From: Yuukianura sp. NJ FZ-2021
Taxonomy: Eukaryota
Assembly (NCBI GenBank): GCA_046563655.1
Contig: CM102289.1
Span: 4,216,001-4,280,000 of the forward strand
Direction: 5' to 3'
DNA: 64,000 nt
This document shows, piece by piece, positions 37,699 through 48,892 of this stretch (positions are counted from its first letter, which is position 1; every line of letters begins with the position of its first letter). The position numbers and the translations under genes are program-made. The notes under the pieces were generated by a model, which saw nothing but the letters and a program-made list of their open reading frames with translations, did not search any database and was not told the DNA's origin.

Positions 37699-40395
37699 CT
37701 ACGCGGTAGGTGTGTATCCAATGATGAACTCCACATTATCATGGAATTTACGAATATTTCTGCCAGGAATAGTTTTCTGATAGAAGTCGTCACCCGGCTG
37801 CATGGAACAAAAATGTGTGCATTTTTAGCTTAACTTTACTAGTTGAAAATAGTAAAAACGTAAATATTAAACAGTAATAGTAAAAATGAAAATTGTAAAA
37901 ACTTGCCAGTGATACGTGTGTCCTGAAAATGAAACGGTTAATTCGCTTGAGTCTGCCAGTCTCCGATGCGTAGAAGGCAGCACACAGGCTTTTGTACTCC
38001 TCAATTTGTAATGATTTCAGTTCTGAAAATTAAAGTTTTTCGATTAAATTAAAAACCAAAAATATTGGATTTTATGTTAAATTCCTTAATGATTATACAG
38101 CGTGTCACACTTACAACTGAACACCTTCAGTGTAAACAACTTATTCATTTTTTAAACCATGAGGGGATTTCTGAGCTAATTTCTGAATTATTGAAAAAGT
38201 TTGAAAAGTTGTAATAACTTTTCAAGGCAACTAAACAAAAAGACACAGGAGCTTTCTAAGGTAGTCTCACGAGCGGTTTTTTCAATTTTTTTCGCGATAT
38301 TTTTTAGTGGGGCGGATTGTTTGTTATTAACTTTGCTCTGACAACGTTTTCCGTCGGTCGGAGTACAAAGTCAAATTCCTCCATTGTAACCACCCAGTGT
38401 AGCCAATAATGGGGCTAGTGGTGTAGATTGGTTTTAGGATTGGAAAATGGAATAGACAAATTTTACGCTTATAATTACTACGAATTCAATGCAACTCTAT
38501 GGCAAATAGTTGATTTGCATAAAATACTGAACACTGGTTACAAGTAACACATCATTGTTACCTCAACCAACCTTTGTACGAATTTTATAAAGTTTTATTT
38601 CCCTGGAAACCGAACAATCCGCCCCACTAAAAAATATCGCAAAAAAAATTGAAAAATCCGCTCGTGAGACTACCTTAGAAAGCTCCTGTGTCTTTTTGTT
38701 TAGTTGCCTTGTAACTTTTCAAATTATTGAAAATTTTTAAAAAGTTTGCAAATATCCCTCCATGTTTTGTAACTTTTGAAGCGGTTGTCATGGAAATTAT
38801 TTTAGGGTATTCAGTTTTAAGTGTGACACGCTGTATTTAAGTCTGAAGAATTAAATAGAAATAAATTTGTCTTTACTTTTCAGCATATTGATTGGACTCC
38901 CAATTTCACAAGGGTTCCCTCGCCGATTTTCGATTTCCTGCAACACGTAGTTCTCTGTGGCGTTGTTATCGTCATAAACCCTAGAAGGTTCAGCAGTCAA
39001 AACTTCCCATGAATCTCCAGTTATAACGAGGCGTTCCAGATGAGGTAATTCAGCAATTAATGAACAAAACGCCCCATAGTCGGGAGACATCGACGTACCG
39101 TTATACTCACAATTTATATAAACAGTCAATTTTTTCAAATTAGGGAAAAGCAGATGAGCATTATTTGCAGTTATGTTTGTCACACGAGTCAAGCATAGTT
39201 GATGGACATTGTAGAAATGATCAGTGGGCAACTCGGGAAAGTCAGGATAGTGGCTCCCTTTTTCAAAAAATTTGAGCTTGGACAGAGGCAACGTTTGAAT
39301 CCACTTCCACAATGCGGTTTTAAGATTCACTTCAAGTTCAGTCGGAAGGGAAATGGCGAGCGCAACAATTCGAGGTTGTGGTTTCAAGGCCACGAGTTCC
39401 TTGCAAACACTGTGGAATGTATTTGTGATAATTCCAAGACGGAGTTTGACTTTTGCTGAAGGCAAGCGCAGAAGACGCAGAAAGTCTGGCAGTTTTTGTA
39501 CTTCTGGTGTACGCATGATATCTTCATGATAGTTTGTGCGGTTTGGCAGAAAATTCCAGACCCATCCGCGACCAGGATAGTCGTATTCGACAAAGCAAAA
39601 GTAGGGGTAGTATAACAGCGAAAGGACTTCCAGACGAGGGGAATGCTTGATGATGTTTTCAAGCATGGTGGCCTGGTCAGACGAGCTATGGCGGAATGCA
39701 GAGTCGATCAGTATAAATTTGACCTTGAGCTTCTTTAAATTTTGAAACGCTTGAGCGTAACTTGCTTCATCCGGAGCTGGAAACTCAACTTCGTACAGCA
39801 TCGCGAGTGAAAGTGACGTCAGCATTGACGTGTGGAAAAGAAGCGTGTGAACGGATTGCATATATTTTGATGCATTCATACCGCCGTGGATTTCCCATGC
39901 ACAAGTTTTATACGTGTAGCTTTTGCGAAAGTTGAATTGAATCGTTAGTCGGTTAACTTCTGATCCATAACTTCTTAAAAATTCTTCGATAACGTTTGCA
40001 GCAATGGCAACGTCAAAGTGAAACGCAAACCTGGAAAATGGAATTTGCGTTGCTGCGGTTGTCCTCATGAGCCACGAGAAGTATCTGAGTCATTGTTTGT
40101 TCGGAACGTTACAGCAGTACGAGCATTTCTTAACAAGAGCATCATAGCCGGGCTGTCTCTCCAAGTACTGCTAACGAGGCGACAGTTCAAAATATCTTCC
40201 AACGGAAGTGACGAAAATATTCCGAAGAATATCTGCTTAAAAATTATAGATTAAAAACGTAATTAAATATAAAAAATGCTAGCTGTTTAAGTGAAACTAC
40301 CACAATCACTGGAAACTAACCTCATGCGAAAATCCGTTAATCAAATTGTCCTGCAGATTTGATGCTGCGAGTATATTTGATTCAATTCCCTCCAT
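37699..40395 (-). pseudogene. F-box/LRR-like gene copy A, frameshifted just after the F-box
   Basis: Paralog of 41134-43262. F-box GFSHEIFFGIFSSLPLEDILNCRLVSSTWR, then a 1-nt deletion near 40089 (GAC-TCAGATAC vs GACATCAGATAC in copy B) leading to TGA. The downstream 405-aa frame is intact. 3' exons near 38022-37905 and ~37830-37699 are approximate. Confidence 0.7.
38098..38833. mobile_element. Tc1/mariner-type MITE (736 bp, TA TSD) in an intron of F-box copy A
   Basis: TA|cagcgtgtcacactta...taagtgtgacacgctg|TA, with a long internal inverted pair ~38223-38320 / ~38613-38711. Absent from the matching intron of copy B. Confidence 0.85.
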
Positions 40396-41133
40396 TTGTT
40401 GTTTTGTTTTTTCCAATCACAAAGTATAGAAGAAAATTTCAAAAGTTCAAGCTTCTAGGTTAATGTAGGAGCAAAACATGAAAAAAAAAGTTTCCAAAAG
40501 AACGAAATAACTGCCAAAGCGTTACACCCGAAAATAGATGGATTATTTTTATATAATTGGAAATTTTCCCTGAGGCAGTTTGCCCTTTTCTTCCATTCTG
40601 ACGCTCATGCGAGTGAATCTGAAATTGGGAATTTCGACGACCATCTCGGTTAACCAAGTCGTTAGCCAAAAATAATAAATCAAAAATCAAACATTACGCA
40701 TCATGTTTTCCAGTTTGGGGTGTGTACTATTTATAGACAGTGTATAGCTTAATTAATAATATATGAAAGTACATCGAATTAAAACATTACGTTTCGAGAC
40801 ATTGATTACGTTCGATGTGTTAAATAGCCAACATGATTTAATTAAGGAATTTTAAGAAACGTAAAAAAGAGAAATTTGGATTGTTGATATTTATTTTTGG
40901 CGTTTGTTGTTTGTTATTTTTTTGAATTTGAATTTTAGACGAGGAAAATTATGAAAAAAATATAAAAACTCACATTTTTTTTGTACAATAATGGTAAAAT
41001 AAATGCATAGTGCAATGCGGTAATACAAAAACTTTATTTTTGCTTTTTTGACGAGTGTTATTTTTTAATGGTTCCTAGAAATGCTGATTTTCATTTTCCA
41101 CATTTGTATGCAAACATACATGTTAAACATTCA

Positions 41134-43262
41134 TCAACGAATATATTCGATGATGAACTCCACATTATCATGGAACTTACGAATATTTCTGCCAGGAACA
41201 GTTCTCTCAAGGAAATCGTCACCCGGCTGCATGAAAGAAAAAGGTTCGTATTCTAAGTTTAACAATCTATTTAGAAATAGTCAAGGTTGCTATAGCAACC
41301 AATTGTATTGCTACAAGAGGTTGTTCCGTACCTCCGACTTTTAGAAAAATTGAGTGAAAACAACTTTTTCCGCCAATTTTCCGCCAATTCCGTTACATTA
41401 TATACAAATCATTACCATAGTAAGGCACGGCGAAGCAAGTTTTGCAAATTATTTAACAAAATTAAAAAACGTCGAGTTAACGAATAACCTCTTGTAGCAA
41501 TCAACAATCTGCTTGTTTACCCACCTTGGAAATAGTAAAAACATGTTAAGAACTTACCACTGCTAATTGTGTCCTAAAAATGAAACGATTAAGTCGCTGG
41601 AGTCTGCCTGTCTCTGATGCGTACAGTGCACCACATAGGCATTTGTGCTCCGCCTGAATTTGTAATGATTTCAATTCTAAAAATTAAAGTGGTTCGATTA
41701 AATTAGATTCTATAGATTCTATTTTGATTCCACAATTGTTGCTCAAGTATTAAAAAGTTAGCAGAAACAAATTTCTCTTTACTTCTCAGTTTAGTGATTG
41801 GACTCCCAATTTCACAAGGGTTCCCGCGCCGAATTTCGATTTGCTGCAACACGTAGTTTTCTGTGTCAATGTCTATTTCGTCACCCCTGGAAGGTTCAGC
41901 AGTTAAAACTTCCCACGAATCTCCAGTTATAACGAGGTGTTCCAGGTGAGGTATCGCAGCAGCTAAAGAACGAAAAGCTTCATAGTCGACTGACATCGAA
42001 GTACCGTTATGCTCACATCTTATATGAACAGTCAATTTTTTTAGATTCGGAAAAAGCAAATGTGTATTGTTCGAAGTTATATTTGTGACACGAGTCAAAC
42101 GTAGTTGATGGAGTGTGTGGAATTGACCCGTGGGCAAATCGGGGAAGTCAGGAAAGTGGCCACCGTTTTCAAAAAATTTGAGCTTGGACAGAGGCAACGT
42201 GTGAATCCAATACCACAATGAGGTTTTAAGTTGCAACTCAAGTTCAGCAGGAAGGGAAACCGCGATGGCTACAATTCGAGGTTGTGGTCTCAAGGTCATG
42301 AGTTCCTCGGAAACTTTTCGGAATGTATTTGTGATAATTCCAAGACGGAGCTTGACTTTTGTTGAAGGCAAGCGCAGAAGACGCAGAAAGTTTGGGAGTC
42401 TTTGTACTTCTGGTGTAAGGATGATGATATGATAGTTTATGCGATTTGGGACTGAGCAGAAGTAAGGGTAGTACAACAGCGAAAGGACTTCCAGACGAGG
42501 GGAATGCTTAATGATGTTTTCAAGCATGGTGACCTGGTCAGACGAAGTATGGCGGAATGCAGAGTCGATCAGTATAAATTTGACCTTGAGCTTCTTTAAA
42601 TTTTGAAATGTTTGAGCGTAACTTGCTTCATCTGCAGCTGGAAACGCAACTTCGTACAGCATCGCGAGCGAAAGTGACGTCAGCATTGACGTGTTGAAAA
42701 GTAGCGCGTGAACTGATTGCATGTATTTCGATGCATTCATACCACCGTAGATTTCCCACGCACAAATTTTATACGTCCTGCTTTTGCGAAAGTTGAATTG
42801 AATCGTTAGCCTGTTTACTTCTGATCCATAGTTCCTGAAAAATTCTTCGACAACGTTTGCAGAAATACCAACGTCAAAGTGAAACGTAAACTTGGAAAAC
42901 GGAATTTGCGCTCCTGCACTTGTGCGCATGAGCAACGAGAAGTATCTGATGTCGTTGTTTGTTCGGAAGTTGATAGCAGTGCGAGTATTTTTTAACATGA
43001 GCAGCACAGCCGTGCTGTCTCTCCAAGTACTGCAAACGAGGCGACAGTTCAAAATATCTTCCAACGGGAGTGCCGAAAATATTCGATAGAATATCTGCGT
43101 AAAAATAATAGATTAAAAACATAATTAAATATAAAAAAAAATCTATCTGTTTAGTAAAACTACCAAAATTAGTGGAAAACAAACCTCATGCGAAAATCCG
43201 TTAATCAAATTGCCCTGCAGAGTTGATGCTTCCAGTATACTATTTGATTCAATTCCCTCCAT
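41134..43262 (-). CDS. F-box protein with LRR-like C-terminal region, copy B, 4 exons
   Basis: Exon 1 (MEGIESN...NGFSHE) splices to IFYRIFSALPLEDILNCRLVCSTWRD (F-box). LRR-like segments FQNLKKLKV, SPRLEVLSL, FPNLKKLTV, IPHLEHLVI. Last-exon junction phase unresolved, so the 3' end is approximate. Confidence 0.8.
41307..41501. mobile_element. Small inverted-repeat insertion (MITE-like) in the last intron of F-box copy B
   Basis: attgctacaagaggttgttc / gaataacctcttgtagcaat inverted ends. Not present in the matching intron of copy A. Confidence 0.5.
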
Positions 43263-44336
43263 TTGTTGTTTTTCTTTTTTTCCAATCACAAACTAGAAAA
43301 AAATTTCAAAATTTCAAGCTTCTAGGTTAAAGTAGGCGCAAGAAATGAAAAAGAAAAATTTCAAAAGAAGGAAATAACCGCCAAAGCATTACACCCGAAA
43401 ACAGACGGATTATTTTTAAAAGTGAAAATTCTTCTCGAGGCAGTTTACCCTTGTCTTCTATTCTGACGCTCTTGCAATTTCAAGTACCATCTCGGGTTAA
43501 CCGAGTCGGTTAGCCCAGAATAATAAATCAGAAATCACATGTCACTCGTCGTCGTCATGCTTTCCGATTAGGGTGTGTACTACTATTTATAGACAGTCTA
43601 TGGAATTAGTTAATTAATAGTTAACTAATAATTAATAGTTAACTACGAATTAATTTATTTATGAAAGTACGTCAAACTAAAACATTTCTTTTCAAGAGAT
43701 CGATGGTGTTCGATGTTTTATATGACCAACATGATTAAATGAAGCAACTTAAGAAACGTAAAAAAGTGAAATGTGGATCGTTGATATTTATTTTTGGCGT
43801 TGTTATTCGTTATTTTTTTGAATTTTGTTACTGTAAACGAGGAATATCATTAAAAAATATAAACGCTCACATTTTTTTCCAAATTGTCCTGTCTGTAATG
43901 ACTGCTTATGTAGGTTTTGGAAACTGTGTTCTAAGTTGGTGCGCATCCCCTTCCACAAATTAGGTTTGTGGAAAAAATGTTCATAAAAATTTTATAGTTC
44001 GAATTTCTCAATTAAGAAATCAATCATTCTTCTGCAAAATGGAAAAAAAGAGGTGGAAAAGGGGAAATGTTCTTATTGGCAACTGAGACTCTTTTGACCT
44101 CGAAAACTGCTTTAAAAAGTTAATTCAAAAACAAGTAAAGTGGAATGTCTATCAATTACTTAAGACCAATTCTGACTTCACTTCCTTTAGAAAAGTTTAT
44201 CAAATTTTTAAATTTCAATTTCCTCTAAAGTAGAATTCAATTCAAATGATGGTTCGACTTTTCCAAATACGTCATCGAAATAACTGTAGTGTAGATTCGT
44301 TTGCACACGACAGTATTTAGCAACATCCTTAGAAAT

Positions 44337-45824
44337 ATGGGTCTTCAAATTGCGTCGACGTTGAGAATGATCGCTTACCTCACCCAAATGTTGTATTCGA
44401 TCGGCATTGTTCCATTCAAATGGAACTGGAATAATCAAGCATTAGAAGGAATAACTACACGTAGGGAAAAAATACGTTATGTCACAACACTTGCCGTGAC
44501 ACTTTCCATCAAGATGGCCATCATAGTTCAATTCCTCGGGCTAGTGGCGCAAGGAAAGGTCGATCCTCAGAACAGCCTTGATACGTACAGAATGGTCATT
44601 GCTTTTGTATTCGGATTCTCTGCTATGTTCGACCTCCACATTTTTATCATGGCAGCCGAACTCATCAGAACCATGAACGTCGTGTGCCTTTACTTCAGTT
44701 CGTTCATACGTAAGCCATCCAGCTCTAATTACACTTACATTACTGGTCAGCAGTATGGCCCTGAACTTGTATAACTTGAGAGACCTGAACAGTATAAAAT
44801 TATGATGCAATTTCTACTTAAAAAATTTCACTTTAGTACAACTAAACAAAAAAAAGCTTCATATACCTATTAATACTGGTTGATGTGTGATTTGGCAGGC
44901 AAGTACACCTTGCGTAAATCAAAGACGCAAAGCAATTGGAGCACCATACTCTTGGGTGGGTGTATTGGATGTATTGGAGTTTCAGCATGCCTTGGCCTGC
45001 CGTTGTTGCTTCTGCGCACATGTGCAATGCATGTGCTTGCACCATTGGCTCCATCTCTTGTGTGTGTAGAAGTGGACGGAAAATTCAAATTCGGATCTAC
45101 TTCATTTGGCATTTTCATGGGGGCGGTTCAAGCCATCATCGCCATTTTTGTCACTTCGTCATTCACGTTCCTCATAACATTGACCCTTCCAATGGTCACA
45201 TTTGGGGCAGCTCTCACTAGAGAGTTCAGGTAACCATACAACCTGAAATTTGAAAATTTTCATTAGTATTAGTATTCCAACTTTGCAAACGCGTTATAAA
45301 AAATGAATTTAAGTTGAAGCTCTCGATCATTGTCTGTAAAAAGCGTACAGAGTGGAATGACGAAATCAAGCCTCCGGAAATGGGATCACTGGAGTGTGAA
45401 CTACAAGGGGATTCAAATCATTCTAACGGAGGTCAACAATTCAGTAGGCTACCCCGTGTTGGGTCACATCATTGGGTCAATCATGATGCTTCACGTCATC
45501 GTTCTCGTGTCAATGTTGCTGCTGTACACAACCGCGTCGCGTCTCTCCATGATACTTTTAGGCTTCATCCAAGCCGTAATTATGACGATCTACTTCTGCA
45601 TTTTCAAAGCGTCGGAGGTTGTCGACAACTTACTGATGTCAGTAGAGGTGAATAGGCGTCAGTCCGAAAATACGGCTTACAACAATACCTACTTCAGATC
45701 CTTCTTTCCAGTGTTCCTAGCAGTGGGGCATTGGACGCAGATTGATAAAGTCATGCTCTTCACAGTCCTGGACATTGTATTGAACCAGACTTTGGATACT
45801 GTCATTGGAATCTCATCGAAATAA
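44337..45824 (+). CDS. 7TM gustatory-receptor-like chemoreceptor, 3 exons
   Basis: Exons 44337-44709, 44899-45229, 45320-45824 join in frame (~400 aa). GIVPFKWNW near the N-terminus; C-terminus PVFLAVGHWTQIDKVMLFTVLDIVLNQTLDTVIG parallels the 32287 protein. Confidence 0.65.
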
Positions 45825-47449
45825 AAGAAAAGTGGGCTAATAGTTCCTATAGTAACTGGCCGAATCAGCAACAACATTATATATTGTCGCCTCATCGTCT
45901 GAAATGCATCTGGAACCTGGTTTAATTTTTTAAACTAAAGATTGACGGTGGCTTGTATTACCACAAAGTCATGCAGGAAATGAAAATAAAATTGGCTGTA
46001 TAATGCTTGCGATTAATTAATGTGTTCAACCTTATTCAATTTACTGAGGACAACAGGTTGATTGGTTATTTTCAATGAGTAGCCTGGAATGTTTGTATCT
46101 CTTGAGCCGTTTCCACTTTTCCAGAGATGGAGTTGAAGGAACATGGTCAAATTTGTATGAGCAGTGCAATTTATACACGAATTTGTAACTCCCGGAAGTA
46201 GTGTTAAGCACTATACCCCAGTTTCCTAGTTGCGAAGCTTTCCATAAATGCCACTTTAAAAGCAAAGCTCAGGCTTTCTCGAACCTTTCTCAAAAATAAC
46301 TATTAAACAGTTTTTTCCAAAATCCAAAGTTAGATTTTCTGTATTAACAAGTTGACTAGAAACCTCACATTTCAACTTAAAAAACGAAAAAAGTAATGAA
46401 AACTTGAATATGATCCAAAGACTGTTACGGGAATCAGAGCTTCGTCGCGGTTTTCTCTTGGTAGAACCTGCAAAAACACCTTGCACTTTTTAGTTTTCAC
46501 TTTCCGCTTGCAAAGTTGGCTAAAATTAGATTCGCCTAATATAAACCGCTAATTCTTGAGCTCAATGTTTCAAAAATGTCATCCTATTACTCCGTGCAGT
46601 TTGGCAGTGTGTTGCGCCTAGAACAAACAAACCAAACACTTTCAACGAAAACGTCCGTCCTAATAAGTATTTTTATTCTTTTACAGTAGATTACTGTTTT
46701 ACGATATTTCTTAATTTTCCAACCCTAAAGTGTCACACTACAAAGTATAAAGTAGGAAGTTCATAAGAAAGTTATCGCAGGAGATGTTAACTTAAAAACT
46801 TCAATCTTTCCAAGCATGTAAACGAGATACGTTAGAATGTGAATGAGAAATTTTGCATACAAGCTAAATCGAGAAAGTGGTTTTGGAAAAACTGATTGTT
46901 TCCATAAACGTCACAATGGAAGCCACAAAACCATGAAGATAAAAGTGCTTTCTAAAAATAGACAAACCGTAGTGCAAATATGAAACTGCAAATATGAAAA
47001 TCCCAAAAGGAAATGTACATGTTGACATTTATAATCTTGTATGAGCAAAACTAGTACACTGGTTTATCAGTTGTGATAAAACAACTCAATCACTCTACGC
47101 TGGATTTCCGCAATTTTCGAGTCAATACTTTAAGAAGTCTTATTTCAAAGGCTGGATGAAAGTGTGAAGGAAAGTCGTTTTGCCAATTTCTTAGATTAAA
47201 TTTCTGCTTAATTAAACGCAATTAGTGTTGATTTGTGAAGTGTTGTATCTTATGAAACTACTGTACTACTTACTAGTACTTCGAAACCGTGTGACTGTTG
47301 TGTTCAAATTCCTGGAATAATCCGAAAATACAGGTATGACAATACTTTTCTTTCTGAATAATCATTGGTTAAATTGAATAGCTTACTTTTAAAATTCAGA
47401 ATTTCTTATTCAGTTATTTTACTTTCAAACATAATTAATTTCAGATATA

Positions 47450-48577
47450 ATGCCGCGGTTTCGTTCAAGATTGTTTTTTCGCCGCTTCCGTCCAAAAATA
47501 TTTGTATTGTTTGGTGTCCTTTTTAGCACCATTGTTGTGTTTGGTTTTTGGACAAACCCAAAAGTGTTGCTCAGAGATTTTATTTATTTAGTTCGTCCAA
47601 TCTGGGATAAACCAGCAAGTCAACCGAGCATTGTCATACCACATTTCTACGCCGAGAATTTAAGTAATGCGCAGTTGTGTCATCTTCATGGTTGGACAGC
47701 ACGGACAGTTGATGAAGAGCCTGCAGTTATCGACGCTGTGATATTTAGCACCGAAATTGACATGTTGGAAATTCGTCTACGAGAATTATGGAATGTCGTT
47801 GACAAGTTCGTAGTGATTGAGACGAACTTGACTTTCACTGGAAAAGACAAGCCGCTTCACTTGGCTGAAGAAATGGCTAAATTCGAATGGGCGAAGGAGA
47901 AACTCGTGTATTTCGCCGTTGATGGACTAGTCAGTACGTTACCAAAAGGACAGACGCCGTTCTACAACGAAATCAAAATGAGGTCAAACATGGCTCATGT
48001 TCTGGCTTCAACCGCAGTTGGACTAAAAGTCGGCGACCTAGTTATTGTGAGTGATGTCGACGAAATTCCTTCGGCCAAAACTGTTTCTCTACTAAAATCT
48101 TGCAAAGGTTTTCCATCCGGACTTCATTTGCAAATGCGCAACTACATGTACTCGTTTGAATTCTACATCGACAGAGACAACTGGAAACCGCATGTTGACG
48201 TGTACAAAGGCGGACGTCCTGGGTACCATCATCAATTTGCTTCCAATTACGTTCTGGCGCATGCGGGATGGCACTGCTCCTTTTGTTTTAGATACTTGGA
48301 CCAATTTGTGTTCAAAATGCTAGCTTACTCTCATACTGACAGGGTAACTAGGGATGACCTATTGGACAAAAATAGGATTCAGGAAAAAATTTGCAGAGGT
48401 GCAGATATTTTTGATATGTATCCGGAAGCCTATACGTATCGAGATTTGATTTGGAAAATGGGAAATTTGCCTAAAACGGATTCAGCAATGGATGTGCCTG
48501 ATTTCATTGTACAAAATGCGGAGAGGTTTAAGTTTTTACTACCCGGTGGCTGTCAGCGTGAAGACAAACCTCAATAA
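47450..48577 (+). CDS. Glycosyltransferase family 17 (beta-1,4-N-acetylglucosaminyltransferase, GnT-III/MGAT3-like), plant/fungal type
   Basis: Type II TM anchor; motifs VIDAVIFSTEIDMLEIRLREL, FVVIETNLTFTGKDKPL, IVSDVDEIP, YMYSFEF, AGWHCSFCF, KMLAYSH. Intronless CDS. Confidence 0.92.
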   Translation: MPRFRSRLFFRRFRPKIFVLFGVLFSTIVVFGFWTNPKVLLRDFIYLVRPIWDKPASQPSIVIPHFYAENLSNAQLCHLHGWTARTVDEEPAVIDAVIFSTEIDMLEIRLRELWNVVDKFVVIETNLTFTGKDKPLHLAEEMAKFEWAKEKLVYFAVDGLVSTLPKGQTPFYNEIKMRSNMAHVLASTAVGLKVGDLVIVSDVDEIPSAKTVSLLKSCKGFPSGLHLQMRNYMYSFEFYIDRDNWKPHVDVYKGGRPGYHHQFASNYVLAHAGWHCSFCFRYLDQFVFKMLAYSHTDRVTRDDLLDKNRIQEKICRGADIFDMYPEAYTYRDLIWKMGNLPKTDSAMDVPDFIVQNAERFKFLLPGGCQREDKPQ

Positions 48578-48892
48578 ATTTTAAAATTGGTGCTAATCTG
48601 ATTTTATTTTTAACCGCATTTGCTTCTTACTGGAATGTCATAATTTCTAAACAAAGCAATTTTTTTTTGGTTAGAAAGCAATGCTTAGGTTCGGTGGAAC
48701 GTGGAACACTGGTTACCTGCTAGAAAGCATTCACAGCATTTATGGAAATTTGGGAAAATTCGAAAATTTATGATGCATGTATCTGACAATACATGTGAAA
48801 ATGTTGACAGATTTTGTAGGAAACGGTAGGATTTTAACTATATTCTTAAAGCTATTTCCAAATTTTGTTGCTATTGTTTAAAAAATATTCTT

